Assembly: GCA_043827405.1 (NCBI GenBank)
Contig: JBDRPD010000092.1
Span: forward strand, 1 to 33,020
Direction of reading: 5' to 3'
Origin: Elusimicrobiota bacterium
Lineage (GTDB): Bacteria > Elusimicrobiota > Elusimicrobia > UBA1565
DNA length: 33,020 nucleotides
Shown: positions 1 to 7,231 of the stretch, in pieces
How the letters are laid out: the number at the start of each line of letters is the position of its first letter
Numbering within the stretch: position 1 is the first letter of the stretch
The notes under the pieces: model-generated
What the model was told of the DNA's origin: nothing
What the model saw: only the letters and a program-made list of their open reading frames with translations
Databases searched by the model: none
Translations under genes and position numbers: made by a program

Positions 1-207
1 CGGGATGAGGCGGGCATTAAGCTCGACCGCGCCGCCGATGTCGGCGCCCGGGATGGCAACCGCGCCGGCCGCGGCACCGGCCGAACCTGGCGCGGCCTTG
101 GCCGCGGCGTTGACCGCGAAGCCGTTGGCCAACGCCTGGTAGACGCCCGTGCCGGGGCTCAGCAAAATCAGCGCCGCCGCGAGCAGGCTGGCCGTCATCT
201 TTCTCAT
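1..207 (-). CDS. 5' end of a secreted hypothetical protein (runs off the window edge)
   Basis: Not in the ORF track. Manual translation from ATG at 207 gives MRKMTASLLAAALILLSPGTGVYQALANGFAVNAAAKAAPGSAGAAAGAVAIPGADIGGAVELNARLIP, open to position 1. Basic N-region, hydrophobic core and ALA cleavage-like site. TAACCT -10 box 6 nt upstream. Confidence 0.8.
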   Translation of the reverse strand, partial: MRKMTASLLAAALILLSPGTGVYQALANGFAVNAAAKAAPGSAGAAAGAVAIPGADIGGAVELNARLIP

Positions 208-213
208 AGGAAT

Positions 214-219
214 AGGTTA
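214..219 (-). promoter_or_regulatory. -10 box (TAACCT) 6 nt before ATG 207, leaderless-type promoter
   Basis: Minus strand reads TAACCT-ATTCCT-ATG. Same hexamer as the -10 of the tRNA promoter. No SD and no good -35. Confidence 0.5.
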
Positions 220-320
220 GCGGCAACGGCGCGGCGGCGCCTGGGGCAAAGGGGTGAGCGAGGCTGGGTCTGTTGGCCCAAGAATAACGTCTTTAATTAT
301 CTGGCTTTTCTCGCTTTAAA

Positions 321-400
321 GCTTGCAGATTCGCGTTGCGAATCTGCAAGCAGCGCGCAGGGCGCGCTTGCGCTCAGTTTTGCTGCGCAAAACTGAGCGC
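321..400. repeat. Three adjacent perfect inverted repeats (14/7/14-bp stems, 3-nt loops); REP-like element or terminator
   Basis: GCTTGCAGATTCGC-gtt-GCGAATCTGCAAGC (321-351); AGCGCGC-agg-GCGCGCT (352-368); GCGCTCAGTTTTGC-tgc-GCAAAACTGAGCGC (370-400). Begins 9 nt after the DUF350 stop on the minus strand. Confidence 0.9.
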
Positions 401-409
401 TTATTGCCA

Positions 410-949
410 TTAATCCATCATCCGCAGCACGCCCAGCTTGGGCTGCGGGATCAGCGACTTGGTGAGCGCGCCGACGCCCTGCTGCATAAACATGGAGACG
501 ATGAGGATCACCGCCGACATGATGATAGCCACCGAGACATTGCCGGAAGCGATCTGCTCGTTTTCGTCGATCTCGCGGTTAAGCCAGCCGAAAAGCTTCA
601 TCGCCAGCTGCACGCAGCCGACCGACAGCAGGAAACCGAAGACCAGGTGGCCGAACGCATAGCCCGCCATGAGCAGCAGGCTGTGGCCGCCCTCCGCGTC
701 CCCGGTAAACCAGACCGTGACGATGCTGATGACCGGATAGATGGACTCGCGCATGATAAGCGCCGCCCCGTACATCAGCGCCGCCATCAGAATCGCGACC
801 GCCACGTTTCCCTTATAAATCTCCTCCTGCGCATTGTAGGCGTGATTGAAGCGATCGAAGCTGCGATAGCTCCAGAAGGTGATAAATACCGCCAGCAGCG
901 CCGAGAGCAGGAACTCGATCAGGCTGATTGTTAGTCGCGTCCAAAACAT
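410..949 (-). CDS. DUF350-family membrane protein with two repeats
   Basis: About 4 hydrophobic helices. Duplicated DUF350 motif EEIYKGNVAVAILMAA / EQIASGNVSVAIIMSA. Confidence 0.85.
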   Translation of the reverse strand: MFWTRLTISLIEFLLSALLAVFITFWSYRSFDRFNHAYNAQEEIYKGNVAVAILMAALMYGAALIMRESIYPVISIVTVWFTGDAEGGHSLLLMAGYAFGHLVFGFLLSVGCVQLAMKLFGWLNREIDENEQIASGNVSVAIIMSAVILIVSMFMQQGVGALTKSLIPQPKLGVLRMMD

Positions 950-969
950 TTTTCCCCCGGTTACCGCCG

Positions 970-2031
970 CTACATCGGCTGGATACGGAAATTCTTGCCC
1001 GACTTCAGATAGGCATAGGTGGAATCGCCCACGGTCCCGGGACGCAGCCAGGCCGGTCCCGCCGACTCGATCATCACGTACTGCAGTCCCTTGTACTCGA
1101 TAAAAATGTCGCCCCGGCGCGGAATCTGGTGGAAGGCCATGAGGTAGTGGCCGGGGATGCCGAGTCCCACCATTTTGATATTCGGCCAGTTCATGAGGAT
1201 GCTCGACAGTACGGCGGTCTTGGTGTCGCAGTCCCCTTGGCCCAGCACCAGCGCCTTGAGCGGCGGGAGTATGCCGCCTATGGTGCGCGTGCCCTCCTGC
1301 TTGTCGGGAATCTCGTAGCGCATCGAGGTCTGCACCATGGCGGTCACCGCGCCGATAAGGTCTTCCGCCTCATACCTTTTGTCCGCGGAAATCTGCGAAA
1401 AGCTGCGGGCCAGCGGCCGCATCCGCTTCCAGTTGCGGCGCACCATCCCGGGGACGTCCGCCTCGATGGTATTCTCGTCCGCCATGCGAAAGCCGGCGTC
1501 TTCGTAGATCTTAAGGCGCTTCTTCCGGTACGCCTTCGCCAGCAGGTCCATCTCGCGGTCCAGGCTGCGCTGCGACAGCCGCGAGGCCTCGTCCGCCTCG
1601 GCCTGGCTCTTGAACTTCCGGCTCTTCAGGACTCTGCTGGTTTCGGCGAAGGCGAACTTGCGCGCGTTCTTGTACCAGAGGTCGAGCTTATCGAACTCCT
1701 CCTGGCGAAAGCCGAACTCCTGGATGGACGCCGCCACGACATCGGCGCCGAGTTCGGTGCGGATGCTGAGGACGTCGCCGTTGAAGTTCTTGAAGCCGTA
1801 CTCCAGCGCATAGCCGCCCTGCGTGCGGCCGATCTTCTGATACGTCGCCTGCGCGCGCGAGGACTTGCTGCTGGTGCCGCGCTTTTCCGCGCGCGGCGTG
1901 AACTCGCGGAATTCCGCCTTTTGGAAGCGCTGCGCCGCATGGGCGCCGTTCTTCTCGAAGCCCCAGGTAAGCGCGATGAGAAAAGCGTAGGTGGCGACGG
2001 CCCCGCGAGCCCACCACTGGTGCGCGTTCAT
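970..2031 (-). CDS. Membrane-anchored or exported transglutaminase-like (Cys-His-acid) protein
   Basis: N-terminal hydrophobic segment. C-terminal PPLKALVLGQGDCDTK (nucleophile Cys), IPGHYL (His) and MIESAG (acidic residue). Confidence 0.75.
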   Translation of the reverse strand: MNAHQWWARGAVATYAFLIALTWGFEKNGAHAAQRFQKAEFREFTPRAEKRGTSSKSSRAQATYQKIGRTQGGYALEYGFKNFNGDVLSIRTELGADVVAASIQEFGFRQEEFDKLDLWYKNARKFAFAETSRVLKSRKFKSQAEADEASRLSQRSLDREMDLLAKAYRKKRLKIYEDAGFRMADENTIEADVPGMVRRNWKRMRPLARSFSQISADKRYEAEDLIGAVTAMVQTSMRYEIPDKQEGTRTIGGILPPLKALVLGQGDCDTKTAVLSSILMNWPNIKMVGLGIPGHYLMAFHQIPRRGDIFIEYKGLQYVMIESAGPAWLRPGTVGDSTYAYLKSGKNFRIQPM

Positions 2032-2037
2032 GGTCGC

Positions 2038-2066
2038 ATTGTAGTCATTTGTTCACGTCATGCCTA
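2038..2066 (-). promoter_or_regulatory. sigma70-type promoter, leaderless for CDS 970..2031
   Basis: TAGGCA-17 nt-TACAAT-6 nt-ATG on the minus strand. Confidence 0.6.
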
Positions 2067-2076
2067 GACTCACGTC

Positions 2077-2105
2077 TTGAAACTTCCGCGTAATTTGTCT
2101 ACATT
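2077..2105 (+). promoter_or_regulatory. sigma70-type promoter of the ABC operon
   Basis: TTGAAA (2077-2082)-17 nt-TACATT (2100-2105). ATG 9 nt downstream, no SD. Confidence 0.6.
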
Positions 2106-2114
2106 TTTACGGCC

Positions 2115-3053
2115 ATGATCGAGCTGAAGGGGCTGACCAAGCATTACGGCGACACCGTCGCCGTCTCCGACCTGACCTTTGAGGTGCGCCCCAAGGAAGT
2201 CCTCGGCTTTCTCGGCCCCAACGGCGCGGGCAAGAGCACGACGCTGAAAATACTCAGCGGCTTTCTCGCCCCGACCGCCGGCACCGCCATGGTCGCCGGC
2301 TGCGACATCATAGACGACAACCTTGAGGTGCGGCGCAATATCGGCTATCTGCCGGAAAATAACCCGCTCTATGAGGACATGTACGTCACCGAATACCTGG
2401 AGTGGAGCGGCCGCATCCGGGGCTTTTCCGGCCGCGCGCTCGGCGGCCGGGTCAGAAAAGCGATCGAAGCCTGCGACCTCGGCGAGGTCCTCGGCAAAAA
2501 GATCGACCTGCTTTCCAAAGGCTTCCGCCAGCGCGTCGGCCTGGCGGCGGCCATTCTGCACGACCCGAAGATACTCCTGCTCGACGAACCGACCTCCGGG
2601 CTGGACCCGAACCAGGCGCGCGAGGTGCGGCTGCTTATCTCCCGGCTCAAAGAGGAGAAGACGGTGCTCTTGTCGACGCATATCCTGCCGGAGGTGGAAG
2701 CCTCCTGCGACCGGGTAGTCATCCTGCATGGCGGGCGGATCGCGGCCGAGGGCACTCCCAGCGAGTTGGTGCGGGGCGCGAGCGGACGGCAGCGCCTGCG
2801 GCTGACCCTGCAGGCCGGGAACCTGGACCCCGACCGGGCCGCCGGGACGCTGCGGGCGCAGGAAGGGATCGACGACGTGCGCGTCGAAATGGTCGACGAT
2901 GAGCTGCGCGCCGAGCTGGAGGTGAAGCCCGACGCGCCGGACCTGCGCGCGGCGATCTTCGCGCTCGCCGTGCGCGAGAGCTGGACGCTGCTGGAGCTGC
3001 GCCGCGAATCGGCGTCGCTGGAAAGCGTCTTTAGCGAGCTGACCCTGCAATGA
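2115..3053 (+). CDS. ABC transporter ATP-binding subunit, GldA-like
   Basis: Walker A GPNGAGKST, signature LSKGFRQRVGLA, Walker B ILLLDEPT, H-loop STH. GYLPENNPLY is typical of GldA-like ATPases. Confidence 0.92.
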   Translation: MIELKGLTKHYGDTVAVSDLTFEVRPKEVLGFLGPNGAGKSTTLKILSGFLAPTAGTAMVAGCDIIDDNLEVRRNIGYLPENNPLYEDMYVTEYLEWSGRIRGFSGRALGGRVRKAIEACDLGEVLGKKIDLLSKGFRQRVGLAAAILHDPKILLLDEPTSGLDPNQAREVRLLISRLKEEKTVLLSTHILPEVEASCDRVVILHGGRIAAEGTPSELVRGASGRQRLRLTLQAGNLDPDRAAGTLRAQEGIDDVRVEMVDDELRAELEVKPDAPDLRAAIFALAVRESWTLLELRRESASLESVFSELTLQ

Positions 3054-3784
3054 GCGCCCGCGGCGGAAGAGCAAGCGCCTTCGCGGCCCTCTACGGCAAG
3101 GAGCTGCGCGCCTATTTCGACACGCCGACGGCCTACGTCATCACGACCGTTATGGTCGTCATCAGCGGCTACTTCTTCGCCACCCCGCTGTTTCTGCAGA
3201 ACCAGGCGGTAATGAGCGGCTTCATCCACATGGCCCCGCTGCTGCTGCTCTTCTTCATCCCCGCGATCACCATGCGGCTCTACGCCGAGGAGCTCAAATC
3301 CGGCACCATCGAGATTCTCTCGACATTGCCGGTGCATGACGAGGATGTGCTGGCGGCCAAGTTTCTGGCCGCGTTGACCCTGGTCAGCTTCATGCTCGCG
3401 GGCACGCTGCTCTACCCGCTGACGCTCGAACGGCTGGGCGATCCCGACTGGGGCGCGATCCTGGGATCGTACGCCGCCCTGCTGCTGATGAGCGCCGTCT
3501 ACACCGCGGCCGGAGCCTGGGCCTCGTCTTTGACCCGCAACCAGGTCATCGCCTTCATCGTCGCCTTTCTCATCAACTTCACCTTGTTCCTGCTGGGCAA
3601 GATCGGCGACTTCCTGCCGGACGCGGTGATCGGAGCCGCGAGCTATCTGGGCCTCGATGTCCATATCGACCGGCTTTCGCGCGGGGTCCTGGACACGCGG
3701 GACATCATCTACTTCGCCAGCCTGACCGGTTTTTTCCTGTATTTGACTTATCTGAACGCCCAGCTCCGGAGGCAGAAGGGATGA
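3050..3784 (+). CDS. ABC-2 permease, GldF-like
   Basis: About 6 TM helices. KELRAYFDTPTAY, PAITMRLYAEELKSGTIEILSTLP, SSLTRNQVIA and GVLDTRDIIYF motifs. ATGA overlap with the ATPase. Confidence 0.9.
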   Translation: MSARGGRASAFAALYGKELRAYFDTPTAYVITTVMVVISGYFFATPLFLQNQAVMSGFIHMAPLLLLFFIPAITMRLYAEELKSGTIEILSTLPVHDEDVLAAKFLAALTLVSFMLAGTLLYPLTLERLGDPDWGAILGSYAALLLMSAVYTAAGAWASSLTRNQVIAFIVAFLINFTLFLLGKIGDFLPDAVIGAASYLGLDVHIDRLSRGVLDTRDIIYFASLTGFFLYLTYLNAQLRRQKG

Positions 3785-5418
3785 CGCGCGGCCGCCGGCT
3801 CTGGCTGTTCTCCACCACGGGCGCCCTGCTGACCTTGGGCTGCCTGGTCCTTCTCAACCTGCTCGCCGCGCGCTTCCACGCGCGCGCCGATTTCAGCGAC
3901 GGCGATCTCTATTCGCTAAGCGCCGGCTCCAAGCGCATCCTGCGCGAGATGGACGCGCCGGTCGAGATCAGCGTCTACTTTTCCAAGAAGCTGCCGCCGG
4001 AATACGAAGCGCGGCGCGGCTATATCAAGGACCTCCTGCAGGAATACCGCGAGGCGTCGCGCAGCAAGGTCACCCCCCGCATCATCGATGTGGACCAGGA
4101 CGCCGAAGCCAAGCGGCGCGCGCTCAGCGAAGGCATCGCGCCGGTCGAGTTCAACATCATCACGCAGGAGAAATTCGAGGTCACGCAGGGCTTCATGGGA
4201 CTGGTGCTCCGCCGCGACGAGCGAAAGGAAGTGATTCCCGTCATCGTCGGCACCGAAGGGCTGGAATACGACTTGACCTCGCGCATCCTGCAGCTGATCC
4301 GCAAGAAAAAAGATGTCATCGGCTTCCTGTCGAGCCACGGCGCGCTCGGGCCCGAAAACCTGCACCCGCGCGTACGCGAATGGCTGGAGCGCAACTACGA
4401 GCTGCGCCCTATCGATCTGCGCAGCCTGACGCCGGGCGCCACCATCGCGGCCGAGGTCTCCGCCCTGTTTGTTCTGGGCCCCACCGAAACATTTCCGGAC
4501 TACCATCTCTACACCCTCGACCAATTCCTGCTTTCCGGAAGGCCGATGGCGGTGGGAGCGGACGCGCGCCGCGCCGACATGAAGTCCTTTATCTCCTCGC
4601 CCCTGGACACCGGGCTGGACCGGCTGCTCCGGCATCACGGGCTCGGCCCCGGAAAGAGCTACGTCCTCGACGCGCAGAACCAGAAAGTCCAGATCTCGCG
4701 CCAGCAGGGCTGGGTGACGTACATGAACATCGTCGAGTATCCGCTGTTCGTCGTATCGACCGAGCTCGACGGCGAGCATCCGGTGACCCGCCACCTGAAG
4801 TCTCTGACGCTGCCGCTGACCAGCGCGGTTGAAATCAGCACCCGCGCGCCGGCCGCGCGCTACCAGGCGCTGGCGCGCTCATCGAAGTACAGCTGGCGCA
4901 GCGCCGAAGCGGGACGCGGCTCGCCGCTGAACCTGTCGCCGCTGCAAAGCTTCAAGCCGAAGGAAAATGATGAGAAGGGACCGTTCGTGCTGGCCGCCGC
5001 GGCGCACGGGCCGTTCACCAGCTATTTCTCGTCGGAGCCGGACGGGCGGCGGCCCATCCCGAAGGGCGCCGACCGCGCCGCGCACCGCGCCCAAAGCGGC
5101 GATGGCGCGCGCCTGGTCGTCGCCGGCACCTCCCGCTTCGCCCATCCGGACATGCCGGTCGGCGAGTCGGGTCCGGCATTCCTGCTCAACCTCGCGGACT
5201 GGATGGCGCTCGACGCCGACCTCATCGCGATCCGCGCCAAGGGCATCCTCTTTCGCCCCCTGCGGGAAATCCCCCCCTCCGCGAAGAGAATAGTGCGCTG
5301 GATCAACATCTTCGGCCCGATCTTTTTCGTCACCGGCTTCGGCTTTCTGCGCCTGCGGCTGCGCGCGGCCGCGCGCCGGCGGCGCGTAAATACTTATAGC
5401 CTGACGCCCTCCGACTAG
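3781..5418 (+). CDS. GldG-like ABC auxiliary/substrate-binding component
   Basis: N-terminal TM, DFSDGDLYSLS, LEYDLTSRI, LDQFLLSG, NLADWM...LIAIRAK and a C-terminal TM. Confidence 0.88.
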   Translation: MTRGRRLWLFSTTGALLTLGCLVLLNLLAARFHARADFSDGDLYSLSAGSKRILREMDAPVEISVYFSKKLPPEYEARRGYIKDLLQEYREASRSKVTPRIIDVDQDAEAKRRALSEGIAPVEFNIITQEKFEVTQGFMGLVLRRDERKEVIPVIVGTEGLEYDLTSRILQLIRKKKDVIGFLSSHGALGPENLHPRVREWLERNYELRPIDLRSLTPGATIAAEVSALFVLGPTETFPDYHLYTLDQFLLSGRPMAVGADARRADMKSFISSPLDTGLDRLLRHHGLGPGKSYVLDAQNQKVQISRQQGWVTYMNIVEYPLFVVSTELDGEHPVTRHLKSLTLPLTSAVEISTRAPAARYQALARSSKYSWRSAEAGRGSPLNLSPLQSFKPKENDEKGPFVLAAAAHGPFTSYFSSEPDGRRPIPKGADRAAHRAQSGDGARLVVAGTSRFAHPDMPVGESGPAFLLNLADWMALDADLIAIRAKGILFRPLREIPPSAKRIVRWINIFGPIFFVTGFGFLRLRLRAAARRRRVNTYSLTPSD

Positions 5419-5993
5419 CGCAGGCCCTGGTCAAGAAAGGGCAGCCAGGCCTTAGGGGCGCCGCCGTTCTGGTGCAGCAGCGAAGCGCTGGGACGCGCCC
5501 GGGGCCGCGTCGGGATGATCACCAGCTTCATGCCGGCCTCTTTAGGCAGGCGGCTGCCTTTGCGCTTGTTGCAGGGGATGCAGGAAGGCACGACATTGCT
5601 CCAATCGCTGCTGCCGCCGCGCGAGCGGGGCAGGATATGGTCCAGGTTCATCTCGTCCGCCGGCAGCTCGCGTCCGCAGTAGCAGCAGCGGTGACCGTAA
5701 TGCTGGAAGATATTGCGGCGGGTGAAGGCGATTTCACGCAGCGGCACTCCGCCGAATATCTTCAGCGCGATAACCTCCGGCACGGCGATCCGAAAATTGG
5801 GCGCATGGATATAGCCGGCGGCGCCGATCCCGTTATGCTTGGAAGCGTTCAGCCAGGCGGCGAAGTCATGGGTTCGCCAGCTCCCGTCGACGGCCAGCGC
5901 GTGTCCCAAATAAAGGAGAGAGATCGCCCTTTTCCAGTCGGTAACGGCGATTACGCAGAAGTTCTTGTTGAGGACCAGCACGCTGCCGCTCAT
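5415..5993 (-). CDS. HNH endonuclease (McrA-type, zinc-binding)
   Basis: VLVLN N-terminus, RRNIF..CCYCG, NLDHILPRSRGG..W.NVVPSCIPCNKRKG. Start set at ATG 5993 (MSGSVLVLN). Confidence 0.9.
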   Translation of the reverse strand: MSGSVLVLNKNFCVIAVTDWKRAISLLYLGHALAVDGSWRTHDFAAWLNASKHNGIGAAGYIHAPNFRIAVPEVIALKIFGGVPLREIAFTRRNIFQHYGHRCCYCGRELPADEMNLDHILPRSRGGSSDWSNVVPSCIPCNKRKGSRLPKEAGMKLVIIPTRPRARPSASLLHQNGGAPKAWLPFLDQGLR

Positions 5994-6064
5994 CGCGTCT
6001 ATTGCTATTTTACCAGACGATGCAGCGCAATTCCACAAGATTTCCGTCGAGGAAACGGAAAAGG

Positions 6065-7231
6065 CTAATAGATCCAGCCGGGAGCGGCGCGCTGCCGGTC
6101 GGGAGTGTGCCGCCGCGGACGCCGCGCCGGAGCGATCTCCTGCGGCTTCTCATCCTCTATGCCCTGCAGCTCTTCGCGCTCCGGCATGCTCTCGATGTAG
6201 GGACGCCGGCGGAACTCGCGCTGGTAGCCGGGAACCCGGCCGAAGCGGTAGGTGAAGCTGAGCCGGTGCACATCGCTCAACGAGCTCTGCAGCGCCCAGC
6301 CGTAAGCGATGCGCAAGCGCCGCCAATCGGCGCCGAAACCGAATGACGGCCCGCCCACGTCCTGGTTGAACTGATAGCCCAGGCGCAATGAGAAGCGCCG
6401 CAGCGGCGAGTATTCAAGGCCGAAATTGACATGCCAGTCGCGATCGATGACGAGATAGTCCACATCCGCCGCCGCCAGCAGGGTTTGCTCCGTATTGATA
6501 CCGAAATCCGACAGCTGCGGACGGTACGCCACGCCGGTGCGCGCGGTCACCGGCAGCGGATCCCCCTCTTCGACGTATTTCATCTTGGTGCCGATATTCA
6601 AAACGGACAGCCCATAGCTGAAGCGCGTCTCCGGAGAATAAAGGAAGTACCCGGCATCCGCCGCCATCGCGGTCGCGGAATACTGCTGCGCGAGAGTGGA
6701 GCGGATGATCTTGGCGTTGACGCCGACCAGATGCAGCAGGCGGTAAACCTGACCGCCGCGGCGGAACTCCATCTCGCCGGCCCGCTCGGAATAGCCCAAG
6801 GTGAACACCAGGTCGCCGCCGGCGCTGATATTCTCGCTGCTGAGGAAGCTGCCGTCGGTGTTGACGCGGTTTACCTCCATCTTTCCGTTCTGCGCGAACA
6901 GCAGGCTGGCGCCGACCGACGTAAAGCCCTCACCGATCAGCCCGGAGAAAGGGATCGGCGTGGCGCCGGCGATATACTCCATATTCTGCCCTTCGATACC
7001 GCGCTGGTACATAAAGCTGAGCTCCCGGTGGTTTAGGTTGCTGAGCCCCGCGGGGTTATAATAGAGAGTCGAGACGTCATCGGCGACGGCGGTAAAGGCT
7101 CCGCCCATGCCGGTCGCCCGCGCGCCGAGCGGCACCTGCAGGATGGGCGCCGCGCTGGTCCCCGGCCCCTTGACGGCCCGGGCCTCAACCGCGCAGAGCA
7201 AAGCGAGCAGGAGGAAAAGCGCGCGCCTCAT
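6065..7231 (-). CDS. PorV/PorQ-family (FadL-like) outer-membrane beta-barrel protein
   Basis: Signal peptide, hallmark PLGARATGMGGAFTAVADDVSTLYYNPAGL, amphipathic beta-strands ending HRLSFTYRF, then a charged tail. Confidence 0.88.
   Translation of the reverse strand: MRRALFLLLALLCAVEARAVKGPGTSAAPILQVPLGARATGMGGAFTAVADDVSTLYYNPAGLSNLNHRELSFMYQRGIEGQNMEYIAGATPIPFSGLIGEGFTSVGASLLFAQNGKMEVNRVNTDGSFLSSENISAGGDLVFTLGYSERAGEMEFRRGGQVYRLLHLVGVNAKIIRSTLAQQYSATAMAADAGYFLYSPETRFSYGLSVLNIGTKMKYVEEGDPLPVTARTGVAYRPQLSDFGINTEQTLLAAADVDYLVIDRDWHVNFGLEYSPLRRFSLRLGYQFNQDVGGPSFGFGADWRRLRIAYGWALQSSLSDVHRLSFTYRFGRVPGYQREFRRRPYIESMPEREELQGIEDEKPQEIAPARRPRRHTPDRQRAAPGWIY

Noticed and set aside
17..226. ORF-track 69-aa minus-strand ORF
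   Set aside because: Wrong frame. The frame from ATG 207 gives a clean signal peptide and stays open to the edge.
321..400. Hairpins as CRISPR repeats or an integron attC site
   Set aside because: The stems are not direct repeats, there are no spacers or cas genes, and no RYYYAAC/GTTRRRY ends or extrahelical bases.
323..2067. Long plus-strand ORFs 323..934 and 928..2067
   Set aside because: Antisense shadows of real minus-strand genes, expected at high GC, with no motifs.
2115..5418. GldA/F/G as proof of gliding motility
   Set aside because: This ABC family is widespread in non-gliding bacteria, and no motor or adhesin genes are in the window.
5415..5993. HNH as a Cas9/IscB, homing or defence-system component
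   Set aside because: Small stand-alone McrA-type protein with no RuvC-like part, methylase, intron or array nearby.
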